Notes under the pieces: model-generated | The model's input: only the letters and a program-made list of their open reading frames with translations | The model's database searches: none | What the model was told of the DNA's origin: nothing | Part shown: piece after piece, positions 1 to 12,800 of the stretch | Layout of the letters: every line of letters starts with the position of its first letter | How positions within the stretch are numbered: the first letter of the stretch is position 1 | Assembly (NCBI RefSeq): GCF_037042905.1 | Contig: NC_087259.1 | Span: forward strand, 30,814,001 to 30,878,000 | Direction: 5' to 3' | DNA from: Lytechinus pictus | Lineage: Eukaryota | DNA: 64,000 nucleotides | Made by a program: the position numbers and the translations under genes

Positions 1-302
1 TCTGCATCCTTTACAGGCTCTTCAATATACGGCTCCAGTCTAACTGAATGAAGATGAATGGGTTCCTTTTCATTTGGCAATAAAACCCTTAACTAGTGAT
101 TTTGTGTAAAAATCTTTCTTTCCAAATCTCAGTTGAACTGTCGAAAATTCAAGTACTATACGAAATAATAGTCCTGACATTTATCTAAATACCTAATCCG
201 ACCTCTCGATTCTTAATAATCAGTTCTATTGTATTGATAAGAAAATCCGAAAAGTATGCCAAAAAATCAGGTACTTCTCTTACTTCCAAATTGCCTTCTT
301 AA

Positions 303-889
303 AGGACAACTCCACCCTAACAAAAGTTGATTTGAATAAAAAGAGAAAAATCCAACAAGCATAGCACTGAAATTTCATCTAAATCGGATGTAAAATAAGA
401 AAATTATGACATTTTAAAGTTTTGCTTAATTTCACAAAATAGTTATTTGCACATCCTGACTGGTATGCAAATGAGGAGACTATGACGTCATCCACTCACT
501 ATTTCTTTTGTATTTTATGAAATATGAAAATATTCTAATTTTCTCCTCATTGTCAAGTGATACAATGATTAATTCATCCCTGAACATGTGGAATTAGCAT
601 TGTTTGATACTATATGGTTCAGTCAAATTGGTCCTTATTGTCAAATCTGTAAAAAAAATGAAATATTTTATAATTCGAACAATAAAAAACAAAAGAAATA
701 GTGAGTGATGGACATCATCGACTGACTCACCTCGTTGTGCATATCACTATTTTGTGAAAAATAAGCGAAACTTTAAAATGTCATAACTTTCTTATTTTAA
801 ATCCGATTTTGATGAAATTTTCATCACTATGCTAGTTTGATTTTTCTATATTTATTCAAATCAGCATTTTCCTGGGGTGGACTTGACCT
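303..889. mobile_element. Kolobok/T2-like MITE, family A
   Basis: TTAA|AGG...CCT|TTAA (TSDs 299-302, 890-893), ~200-bp imperfect TIRs; same family as 27507-28109. Confidence 0.85.
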
Positions 890-1747
890 TTAAAAAGATA
901 AATCCTCGGTGTTAAATACTTACAGATAGCAAATGGATAGAAAAAGCGCTCCTTTCATATTGGTGTTTGAATTGTATTTTCCAGTACATAATTAACCCTC
1001 CCCACCCCCCCAAAAAAATGCACGCGGAACGCAAATTAGGTGTGAGTCGGAACACTTTCACACCGCCAAAACAGATTAAGGTTGTGTAATGAATATTCAT
1101 GTAATTAACGATAAATGAAATTTAATGAATAATTAATTTTTGCTTGAAATATGTACAACAATTTACTACTTATTTATTAATCATACTCCGTCCGACTTTC
1201 ATATTTTAGAAAGTGAGTGAGTGAATAAAAAGCAGTGTCTCCGTGAAACTTTGGATTTTATTTCATATGACGTTGAATATTCATTATTAACACGATAGTA
1301 ACGTACTGTACAAGTTTCATGTTGTTGGTGTATCGTAAACTGCACATTTTCCCGTGAATTTTTCACAGATTGAGTGTCGAAATACTCAGTAACAACATCA
1401 AAAATGTGCATGTTGCATTATTCAACCATCTCTTAATCAGTCATGTCTACAGAGTATGTCCAGGTATCGGAGTTAAAGCAAATATTTTGGGATTTGACTC
1501 TCTCGAGAGTTTACCCACTCTTTTCAAACGTGCACCCCTTCTCTACCCAGACAATGGTATATAAGGACTTCAAGGTACCTCTCCATGGCTCTTAAAGAAA
1601 AGGAGTCACCACGGAAAGGGTTAACCTATTCATACTGGGTGCTCATCAATGAATGGAAGGGATAGCAAGGTGTCTAAACTGTACGGAAATGTTAGGGTAT
1701 AGCACTGAACTATAATAGTTCAGTGGGGGTATAGTACAAGCGTTTAA

Positions 1748-2332
1748 AGGAGAATGAAACCTTTAGAACAAGATAGCTTGTGTGAAAACAGACAAATCAA
1801 AGAAACAGATCAACGAAAGTTTGAGAAAAATCGGACAAATAATGAGAATGTTATGAGCATTTGAATATTGCGATCACTAACGCTATGGAAATCCTCACAT
1901 AGGCAATGCGACAAAGATGTGTGATGTCACTTGTGAACAACTCCCCCCATTACTTTAGTATATATTTCACTTAAATGGCATCTTTTATCACATCTATCAG
2001 TAGATCATGTGTTCTTTTTATAGGAGGGCATGTAATACAGATTTTTAAAGAATACATTATGGATAGAGAGTTTGTATCACCATAAGAAAAAGCAAAAAGA
2101 GACATTTTGGGGGTATTTTTTAGTCCATCAAAGGGAAAGTTGTTCACATGTGACATCACATATCCTTGTCGCATTGCCAATAGGAGGATCTCCAGAGCAT
2201 TAGTGATTGCAATATTTAAATGCTCATAACTTTCTCATGGTTTGTCCGATTTTTCTCAAACTTTCGTTGATCTGTTTCTTTGATTTTTCTGTTTCGACAC
2301 AAGCCTACTTATTCCAAAGGTTTCATTCCCCT
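1748..2332. mobile_element. Kolobok/T2-like MITE, family B
   Basis: TTAA TSDs at 1744-1747 and 2333-2336; AGGAGAATGAAACCTT / AAGGTTTCATTCCCCT ends; ~200-bp TIRs. Confidence 0.85.
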
Positions 2333-2882
2333 TTAAAATGATTCTGGAATAGAAGAAAAGGGGGAACTGGATTGACAGTAATGTAGTTTGAATAAGATGG
2401 ATAATTATAATTTTAGAGCAAATTTTACGGGATGCGAGAAGATTAATTGAAAATTGTTATATATATTTTTTTTAATTGAATGTAAAAAAACAGACATTAA
2501 TTATAAATTTGTTCTGAGCCAAAGAGAACACAGATGGAAAAAGTAGGAAGAAATGTTGAAAGTAGGAATTGGGTGTGAATTATATGGGAGGAGGGATGAA
2601 AAAAGGGAAAGAGACAAGAAAAGTAGGGAAGACAAAGACAAGAGGAAGTGAGAGCAAGAAAGAAAGAGAACCACCAACACTGCTATCATTCACACACCAT
2701 CATCACCACCATTACCATCACAATCACCACCACTAGTCTGCTGAGCAAACCCTTCACTCTAGTTAAGGGTCTGAAAGCTCATATGCCTTGTGTAATGAAT
2801 GACCTGAAACATGTCTTACAATTATGTGTTATTCTTTGCCTGGAGATCCATGCACTTGTTTATCAGTTTCAATCAGGGTATG

Positions 2883-3105
2883 NNNNNNNNNNNNNNNNNN
2901 NNNNNNNNNNNNNNNNNNNNNNNNNNNNNNNNNNNNNNNNNNNNNNNNNNNNNNNNNNNNNNNNNNNNNNNNNNNNNNNNNNNNNNNNNNNNNNNNNNNN
3001 NNNNNNNNNNNNNNNNNNNNNNNNNNNNNNNNNNNNNNNNNNNNNNNNNNNNNNNNNNNNNNNNNNNNNNNNNNNNNNNNNNNNNNNNNNNNNNNNNNNN
3101 NNNNN
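2883..3105. other. Assembly gap (223 N)
   Basis: Run of N. Confidence 1.
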
Positions 3106-3474
3106 TGTATCACCTACTTCACTCTCCTCAATCATGTCATTGTCATCATCAGTATCAACACATTGATGTCATATTCATTTTTTTTAATCCCAATTATTTC
3201 CCTCATTAAATCTTTATCACAGTGCTATTACTTTAAGTTTCTCTTCTCAAATTGAATGTTAATGTTGAAATGCCTGAAGATCTACCTATTTCCAAACGTT
3301 CACTTTCATAATTGTTTTTTTTTTCAAATTTGTAAGTCATTGCAAACCTTTATCATAGGGCTCAGTGTCTGTAACTAATTTCCAATGATTCCTCTAAAAG
3401 TTACAAGATTTCAAAAACATGATACATCTATATTGAACACTCACCAGTCAATTAATATTCAAGATACTTTTTGT

Positions 3475-3480
3475 TTTATT
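3475..3480 (-). promoter_or_regulatory. Candidate polyadenylation signal (AATAAA) of the RasGAP gene, implying a ~3.2 kb 3'UTR
   Basis: tttatt on the + strand with GT/T-rich sequence downstream on the minus strand. Another tttatt near 5530 lies inside a MITE. Confidence 0.35.
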
Positions 3481-4322
3481 TATAAGTTTTCAATCAAGAT
3501 ACAAATGCAATTACACAAAAGTTTTTATAAATTATATTTTCATAGTTTAAATATGATTCAAATCTCATGGTTGGATACACAAATGAACAAAACAAAATGG
3601 GCAAAATATCTCAATGTACACTAGCAAGTCTGACTTATGTATTCATTATAAATATGATCGAATAATAAATATATCAACACTAATGCAAGACTGTCTCGTT
3701 TTTTTTCTCCAAACAAGTCAGCTTGATATTGTTGCTCTCCATCCCTCTCAATCTCTTCCTTGGCAAGCTAAGCTATGAAACCTACAAAAACACAACTATT
3801 ATCATATAGTATAAGAAAAGTTATATGATAAAGAGCTATTCAACAGCAATATTTGAGTTTTCAAATATCAGAATCTACATTTACATTGATAAATAATCCA
3901 TTACTTCTTAGCACCTAAATGCTTGGAAAATAAATATTGAGACAGGGAAAGGGAGGGGGTCGGGGGAAGGGTATAGAGGGTCTATAGTTCTGTTAAGTTC
4001 CAAGCAACTAAACTATATCCATCGTAATAATAAAATACCAATAATTCATATTTGTTGAATGATAGCCATTAAAGTTAACATGACATCATTCTGACATTAC
4101 ACAAGGAATTTGACTAGTGGTTGACAGTATAATTTAAATAATCAGATTCCAAATATAAATCATTGATTAGTATAATTTTGTTTCACTTTGGACTAATAAA
4201 TCACCTTTATGGGACAATGGTTTCCTGAATTTGAAGTATAAATTATTCTAAACGGAATAGAATTGTGAACAATCAGCAACTGCTTATAGTGACATCAAAT
4301 CTCTTTCATAGTTGAATTAATG

Positions 4323-4477
4323 CAGGGTTTTATGAAAGTTGTCCGCACTGACAATAAGCCATTATCTGTTACCATGGTAACAGCAAATGGCCAGTGCTCC
4401 TGAGCCAATCAATTTAACTGAGATTGTCAGGTTTATAAATGTAGTCAGAGCTGACAACTTTCAAGAAACAGTCCCCT
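4323..4477. mobile_element. Short Harbinger-like MITE with CCAATCA core (degenerate copy)
   Basis: Similar to 20386-20537; ATGAAAGTTGTC / GACAACTTTCA inverted ends. Confidence 0.55.
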
Positions 4478-5423
4478 CATTCTATTAAAGCCATAATCTT
4501 GGCAAGTAACTCACATTTGACACAACTATCTTTTTGAATTTTAAACAGTAGTTAACTTTCAATTGTATTTTGATATTTAAATAAATGTACATATGATTAC
4601 AACTTTTAATTTAAACGCTTTTATGTGCAAGCAACTCTATATTATATAAAAACAACCCTGTAAAGTTTGAGGTTGACTAACGAGGAGCATGAAATACACT
4701 GCACCTTACTCTCAACAAAGAATATGAAAATGTTGATTTATCTCACATCAATGATGGTAAATTACACTCTAAAAGCAATGCATGTTTTGTTTTTCAAAGC
4801 TAAGATCTTATTTTTACGAAGGTAATATTCAAGATGCCAATACTATCATCACAACAGTCATATGAGTTTTCCCCGAGGTGGATTTGTTGATGAGTGGAAT
4901 GTAAATCAAAGTGCATTATGGGTAATGATTAGGATACAGTTGCAAGTCAGGTGATGAACAAGTTTAAAGGAAATCTCATTCCCAAGTTATAGTGCACATT
5001 CAAAAGATGTATCCCTGCTGATGTAGATCAAATGTACATATTCCTCATGTAAGTAATTGTGAGATAATGTACATGTACGAGTGAAACACCATATGCTAAG
5101 TTTGATGACATGCTAAATCATTGGGGCTGACTGCTTATGCTCTAACATGCATTTTCAATAGAGTCCAGTTTCCACATAATGAGGTCTCTGTATCCGATGG
5201 GTTGATTAACAGTAGGTATATGAAGCAAGAATAAATCTCTCCAAAATACAGTTATAATTTTTTGCGATGAGGTTGCGTGGTGCTGATTTGGTGTACATGG
5301 ACGACCACATCAGTCATTTTACTCTGCTGTTAAATTGCTTGTGTTAATTCAACACCTTTAGTTGTTACTATTACACTCTTCAGTGTTATGTTCAATCTCT
5401 AGGGTGTAATTTCAACACCTCAA

Positions 5424-5579
5424 GGGACCCGTTGCATAAAAATTTTGCCATAAAAAAACTTTGGCAAAATTTTTGCCAGATTTTTTTAATGTGTAATTTT
5501 TAATGGTATTTTGTTTGCCAGAGTTTTTGTTTATTGTGCCAGAGTTTTTTTATGGCCAAAGTTTTATGCAACTGGATGC
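5424..5579. mobile_element. Short foldback MITE inserted in another repeat (~5325-5641)
   Basis: GTTGCATAAAA..GCCATAAAAAAACT vs AGTTTTTTTATGGC..TTTTATGCAAC inverted arms; flanks rich in GGTGT/ACACC motifs. Confidence 0.6.
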
Positions 5580-6666
5580 AGGTGTAGTCGTCTAGGGACA
5601 CTGACTGGTGTAGGTTGTAACACCACAGTTTTTACACTGTAATTAACGGAGCAAGAATAATATCAAGAAATACTATTCTGCTCTTAATAATAAGTGAAAT
5701 ATAACCACACATCTTCAAACTAGAAAAAATATTCAAAACTTGATTGTGCATATTCGAGCTATCACAACACTAAAAGGAAAGATGGCATTCTTTGCCATTC
5801 TTTGCAAAAAATCACATTTGCATGCCATTTGTGCAATAATATGAAACAGCACAAATTATGTTGAAACAAAAATCACATTTCTCAAATCTGTCATGTCATG
5901 TCCTGGTATAGAGTATTACATGATCATCAACCTTAAAAAGCTATGAAAATTGCATCCAAAATATAAGGAATTAATACCGAAATGTGAGAGATATCAATGA
6001 GTATGTATTTTCCATAATCTCTCCAAACAAGAAGAATACCACAGAATGAAATACACACATTCTCACATAGTCATATAAGAGGTTACAGATTTTTTGCACT
6101 ACATATATTCATGACATTGTGTGAATTGATTTCTTCAACTACTTTAACTGTTTTTATATATAATGTATTATTCTGTTTTCAAAAATTGAAGTTGACTGAT
6201 GATAGTAGATAGCTATAGAATTTGCAATTATTTTAGGTTATAATTTAAAAAAAATTCATTGAATTCTCCATATTTAACCAATCAGACAATACAGATGTAC
6301 TTTTCAAATCCATGATCTTAATAATTTTATCTGTGTGATCAACCCAACAATACGTTCTCCAATATCACATAATGTATATCAACTTAATCATTTATATTTT
6401 CTAGTCTCAATCATGTCATGGGTTAAGATGATGTAATTGATACTATTGCAAATTTCAAACTCTTTTAAACACACTGGAACCAATAGATTCTGAAATCTAA
6501 TTACGGCTCCTTCTGATTTCATAACAAGTTTCAAACTGCCTTGTTGAATGAAATTCATATCATTGAAGAAGATGTCGATTCCATCCTGTTCATATATACG
6601 TACATAGTACGAATACTGATCAGTTCTAATCTTAATATTTCAAATCTTTGTCTGCAAAGAGGACAT

Positions 6667-6850
6667 TTAATGTTGACTAGTTGTTAGGCAACGTTGTTTT
6701 AAGGCTTGTAGCGCCCTCATGAGTCTCTGATTAGCCAAGTCTAAGGATTGAATGCGGATCTCTTGGGCGTCGATGATCTTTTGTTTGGCTTTGACTGCAC
6801 CCCTCATCCCCTCTTGCTCCGCCCGCAATTCTTCTTCCACGCACATCAGC
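6667..6850 (-). CDS. RASAL2-like: RasGAP terminal exon P, coiled coil ([61 protein letters not shown])
   Basis: ctttag acceptor, phase 2, TAA at 6669-6667. Matches the RASAL2/DAB2IP-type C-terminal coil. Confidence 0.95.
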
Positions 6851-9800
6851 CTAAAGAGGGCAGCAAACAGAAATAATGTAAGAAAAAAAATGACAAAATT
6901 AGCAAATAGGCCAATGATCAATGTTACTTCAATAAAATCTTATATCATTTTTTAAACAAATCATCTATTTATTTGATTTGATTCTTTTTATCAGTTTTGT
7001 ACATGTAGGACTGTAGAAATTTACAAGATATATTTCATGTGATGAATGTTAACTCTTCAGATAATCTATGATCATTATAATTATTCATTATCATTCTCAC
7101 ACTACAATATGAATCAGGGTATACAAATATATAGCAAAATTCTAGAAACAGGCATTATGTGCTAAATAAATATAATCGTAATATTCTTGTTCTATCAATA
7201 TATGATTTTTTATGCTATGATTCTATCTATGTAATATGATATAACAATATCTGTTTATATGTACACACATGTAGTTATATTGTGAATATGATTCTCAATA
7301 GAAATCAATTATTTTCCATGCTTTACTTTTAATATTGGTATATTTATCTATGTTTCACTGGCTATTAGAGTCTAAAAATGTGTCATTTTTAATGTTTAAG
7401 TTGGATGATTGACTCACAAGCGATACACAGGAGAAAGGAAACATGATTGTTTTCAAAACATGTCGGCATGGCAACACAGCAAACAAATTTGAATTTCATT
7501 CTCATATTTAGTAACAAGTAACTAACACACAGGGAAATGTTGCATATAAAATACTGGATAATTTGTATGTTTTGGAGCCAGAAGGGCTATAGCCCATCTG
7601 AAATAAACCCCTCTGGCTAACTTACAGATGACAACTTTCTGTTTGACTAAAAAGAGCACATACAGCAATGTTTGATCATTCTATCAGTGGATGCAAGAAT
7701 ATAGATCTTTGAGGTGAAATACTCTGGTGTTGAAAAGTTTTAATCCAAAAATGGTCCTCCATATCTGAGATGAATTCAAGCCATGCATAACATCAAAATA
7801 GAGATTTATGAAAATAACAAGCACACAAAGTTTGTTAATAAAAGCCATGCATGTAATACTCTATGAAGTCTGAAGCATAGGCTACAAGATAGTCATTGAT
7901 CTCATCATACATGCACATTGAGAATATATAGCCTCGATTCAGAAACAGATGATTATTTATTACATCCCCTTAGGTAAACCAAATGTAGTTTAATAATCTC
8001 CTGTTTTCCTATACACATCTTGAATTGACAGTATACATTAAATCTAATTACAGACTTCTAGCATTCAAGATGGTCCTAAATACTTCCATCATTATTCAGT
8101 TCCAAACCATAACTCTATACTCCAAACCACTACACGTCAAAGTCCCGGTTAATATTACCCTGTACTTCTCCACTAAAAAGGAAACGTTTTTAATAGACCA
8201 AAAATCACCAACTTGGTTTCAATGGAATGGACTGAAATCATTTTGATAACCCAAACTTGCACAAAGCTTGCAGAACAGAACCATAAACAATGTATGCTGA
8301 CTAGATATCCATTTTCCATTAATTATTAGGCCTAATGTAGATTATTCATTAGTAACGTAGTAGAGATGATGACGATAACCATGTACATCTCAGTCCACCA
8401 AAAAATGTATCCACAAAGAAATCACAATGAAAAAATCTACTTCACAATGATTTATTATAAGTTACATTCCATTATAAAGCTAGAAAATTAAGTTTTTGTA
8501 GTTTTTGTTTGCTGATGAAAAGTAGCACTGATTGATTTAGAGTATTATGTGCACAAGACCCGCCACCCCCCTTACATTCAAAAATCTGTACCAACAGTTT
8601 CACAGTCATATGACTTGTATAAAATCATCTAATTGTGATCTTGTGAAAATTTGCAGAATATCATTTCCGGAAGAGTTTAAGAGTTCTAAGTGCCTGATGA
8701 CCTGAGTAAGCATTTTTAAAATCTCACCTTGGATGCATTCTCCCAAGTAAACAAATCACAAAATCTAGTATATTGAAAATGAGAGAGTGAGTATAAAATC
8801 TGGCTCTTGCATGAGAACTGGCATCATAGGAAAAGAAAAAGTATCTATTTTCATCCCCCAGAATAAAATTATTCAGAAAGAGTAATTACCAACAGTTTAT
8901 ACACCCTAGAGAAATATCACCATTCAAATCTCAATGATAAAAAAATTCCCCTGAAAGTAACAAAGGAAGGCAAGCTGACTGATAGCTTTAGGATAAAAAT
9001 AATGTGTGAAAATTCAAACACTTTGGAATTTGTGAATTCCCTCAAAGCAATTATTGATATTTCATAAGTTAACACCACCACAGGAGTGATTTCTCTTCTT
9101 ATTTTCAATAGAAGTGTTAGATTGCTCACTATTTCACCTGTTCATGTTAGTCACATTTGCAACTGAATTATTTTATCAAAAACCTTAGGCACTTTTAATG
9201 TAAATGATGCTTATTGAAAAATAATTTACAGTGTCTTTTTTAAAAGTAAATTCAGTTCTCTGGCAATATCTATTAATGATTCAGAGTATAAAATTTAAAA
9301 TCTTGAAAATAAGTTAACCAAAAAAAATCCAATACGCTTCCTCAAGATGAAAAATATTCAATAGACTGTCTTCAATCAATATTATCCTGGATATTAAATC
9401 TTCGTAAAAAAAAAGACATTTATGAAATATAAATTAAGTCCACCAAGTATCAGACATTTATCAAACACCCTTACTTCTTTGAAAAGACTAAACATCAATG
9501 TATGGAAAACAGATCACTCAACTCATAACAATATGATATGATAATACATTGCATATGAGCAGGTAGACAGCTGGTCTATTTAAATCTGACCTTTATAATT
9601 GCCTTCCCCCAAACCATGGTAGTAATATCATACACAGTGTGAGTTTACACATTAATGTTGGAATGTAGTCAATGTACTGATTTGTAAATTAATGGCTCTG
9701 CTCCACAGTACAATATTAATCTAATCAGCAAATACACTCCAGTCAGGTCCCTACGTTCATCTAACTCTGGTTTCCAAGTTATTCCTAAATCCGTTAAGAC

Positions 9801-12800
9801 ATGGGGGTTCGGACTTTTGCTCGCGCTGGCCCTATTCTCTGGAATGATCTTCCCCTGACAATCCGTGAATGCACGTCCATTGACACATTTAAACGTTACC
9901 TTAAGACTCGTCTATTCAATGCCTCTTACTCTTAATTGTTCCTGAATCTATTACTATTATATTTGTACTTTTTCTCTTTCGTTCTTTCTCTCTTCTTTCA
10001 CTGCGCCTTGGGCACTCTGCCGAGTGGATTTGGCGCATTACAAATCACATATATTATATTATTATATAACCCCTTTCCAATGATTCCAATACAACATAAT
10101 ATTATGAAATGCTAGTTTGATGCTGATGACTCCTGTCTGAAGAAAATAGGATAATGACACAGTAATGACAAATACCACACCAATGATAATTTCACTGAAA
10201 CCCAAACCCATCTTTAATCATATATTTAACATTAATTAAAATGATGACCCTTCAGATTATTTTCTAAGAAAGCCCTTTTAATCTCTACACGTGTACCATT
10301 CCTGTCAATGCTAGGAATCCTTTAATTCTTTATTATATTTTTTAGATAGAAGACTTCAGGACGAAGAATAGAATCTGAACATTTTTTTTCAAGTTATGAT
10401 AAATGGATGGGAAAATAAAGTCTACTGAATTAATTAAAAACTACTTTAGATTTTGATATAAAATCAGTTTACTGTTGAGGTTCACTAAACATGGGACACG
10501 GAATGGTTTTCAAAGGGGGGGGGGGCTGACCATGCAAACAATCACAATCGTATGGTCATTTTTATGTTTTTGTACATGGTTTTGGAATAAAGTGGGGGGC
10601 TGAAGCCCCCCCCCCATTCCGCGGCCCCTCTGCTAAATAGTCTACATAAGAGCTCAATGTCAGATGTGAGGGTGTGAACAAACAAAACTTGTGAGTTCAG
10701 GAAAGAATTAATTACATTACAATAGGTAATGATGCAGGATGCTATATAAAGGCACTGTATCATAAAGCTTAGCGATTGATTGTGTGGAAATTTCTATGAT
10801 TGATTGCATAGTGTATAATCAATACTAAAAATAAACCCTGTGATCAATCGCTAAGTTTGATGTTACAGGGCCCTGGTTTATGATTGATGAGTTAATTTCA
10901 AGGAGGGTGGGGGGGGGGGGGCTTTCATTCAATTTAAGTATAACAAGCTAAAGGGAGTGCAAAACAAACACATTATTGGACAATGAGAAGGTGAGGAGGT
11001 GGAGGGGGGGGGGCAAGATTGATTTCTTGTCAAGAGGAAGAAGATGGTGAGAGAAAGAGAGACAGAGAGAAACAAAAAGGTGTACGTAGTGTAAGTAATA
11101 AAAAAAATATGAAAGAGAAGAAATTGCCATAGTAACATCTAAAATTTGCAGAAATGAAAAATTTTACGACGTCTTGAATTGATTACAACAGTTAAGACTG
11201 AACGCATTACACACAAATCAAATATTTAACACTTGAATTAGAAGTCAAAATGCAGCAATTTCACTTAAATCCCATTAAATATTTTTCTAATTTGTAAAGG
11301 TTCTACTTTTAGGGTTATTTTAGCAGTAACAAGTGAAGCTGTAAGGTTTTCAAGTTCTCTACGTAGATTAATTAATAGTAATTTTCTGCTTAATTTTTTT
11401 TGCTTAAATCACAAAATTGCTATGTTGCATGGGTTTATTTCATTAAAGGGATTGGAATCACATCTATAATACAGTTTCATGCTGGAGACAAAGATATATA
11501 GGGGTATAAAGGGATTTAGGAAGGGGGGTTGTACTTTGTAAGGTGAATACACAAATATGTGTATCAAATGTTAGGGACAAGATATATTACTGCCTTGCAA
11601 TTTGACAAAGATTAATCATTGGAACACTAGAAATCTACCACCATAACAAATAACAAAGCTTTATTCTTATCAAAAATTGATCATTATACCTGTTTTTACT
11701 AGTTGTCCTTAAAAACATCTTAAATGAAAATTGTAGAACTATTACCAATGGCTTAAGAGAGATACCTCTTGAATATAAAAAAAACATCAGTTTGACAATA
11801 CATCAACCATAATGTCATTACTTGATCAATGATATAAATTCATATCATTATAGACATCTAAGAAAAATAAATCAAAATTACGAGTTTTCCTCTATTTGTT
11901 TCTTAAAATGTAGGTTAAAGGTAATGAGACAACCTCCACAAGAATATTATTATTGCATGGGGATGAACTGAGTTGAACATATCAATGACTAATAATATGT
12001 TTTAAAGGGTTTCTTTTTGTAGTTGTTGCAAATTGAGATGAAGAAATACATCCACACTTGTTGAATATGAATATGATGGTTGATTTCATGATCAGAAAGT
12101 TAGAGCCAGACTTGAAATAACAATACTAGTATATTAAAAGTGTTATGGCATTCCAAAGAGTATTATTACGGCCTCAATCAAGTGAAATGATTTGAAATAA
12201 GAAGAAGATACCAACAATGTTATGACATTCCAGAGAAATAAGGTATTATTACAGTTTCAATAAAGTGAAAATGGTTATAGATAGAATGAGTAAATAGGAA
12301 TTGTTCTTTCCCCAAGATGCAAAACGATTACCAACCATAATTCCCCCTCTGTCTTTTCATCATCAACAACTTGACATACGGAGGATCGGAATTCAACCCT
12401 GAGAGATGAGATAACACAGCACCAAAATAATCATCATTGTTGGAATAAAAATAGAAGAGGTAGCATTGCAAATAGCAATAAATCAAACAGAAAAGTAAAG
12501 CATGACTGAAAAAACGTTAGGAAAAAGTGAAAGTGGAGCAAGAAAATAAACGTTAAACATAAAAGATAGCAAAAATAAAGGAAAATTGAATCTTAGTAGC
12601 AGAAAAAACAAGCCTAGCAAAAAGAACATCTCATTTAGGAAACAAAAATAATAAATAGAAATAATTAAGAACATAAAAGAGCAAATAAAACAAAAACATA
12701 CAAGGGGACTGGCTTTCTATGACAGAATTCTACAAGGGGATATTACACAAATAATACAACTAGGGGGTCAAAGGTGAGGGTGGGTGCAAAGGTCAAAGGA

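Noticed and set aside
1-180. Short minus-strand open frames at the window edge
   Set aside because: Too short and no recognisable motif; a neighbouring gene cannot be supported.
2648-3255. Five ORFs of 88-172 aa
   Set aside because: They are open only because they span the N gap.
6390-6666. ~85-codon open frame and a ttgcag acceptor-like site just after the stop
   Set aside because: Separated from the CDS by two stops (TAA, then TGA), has no recognisable homology and there is no supporting donor; likely 3'UTR.
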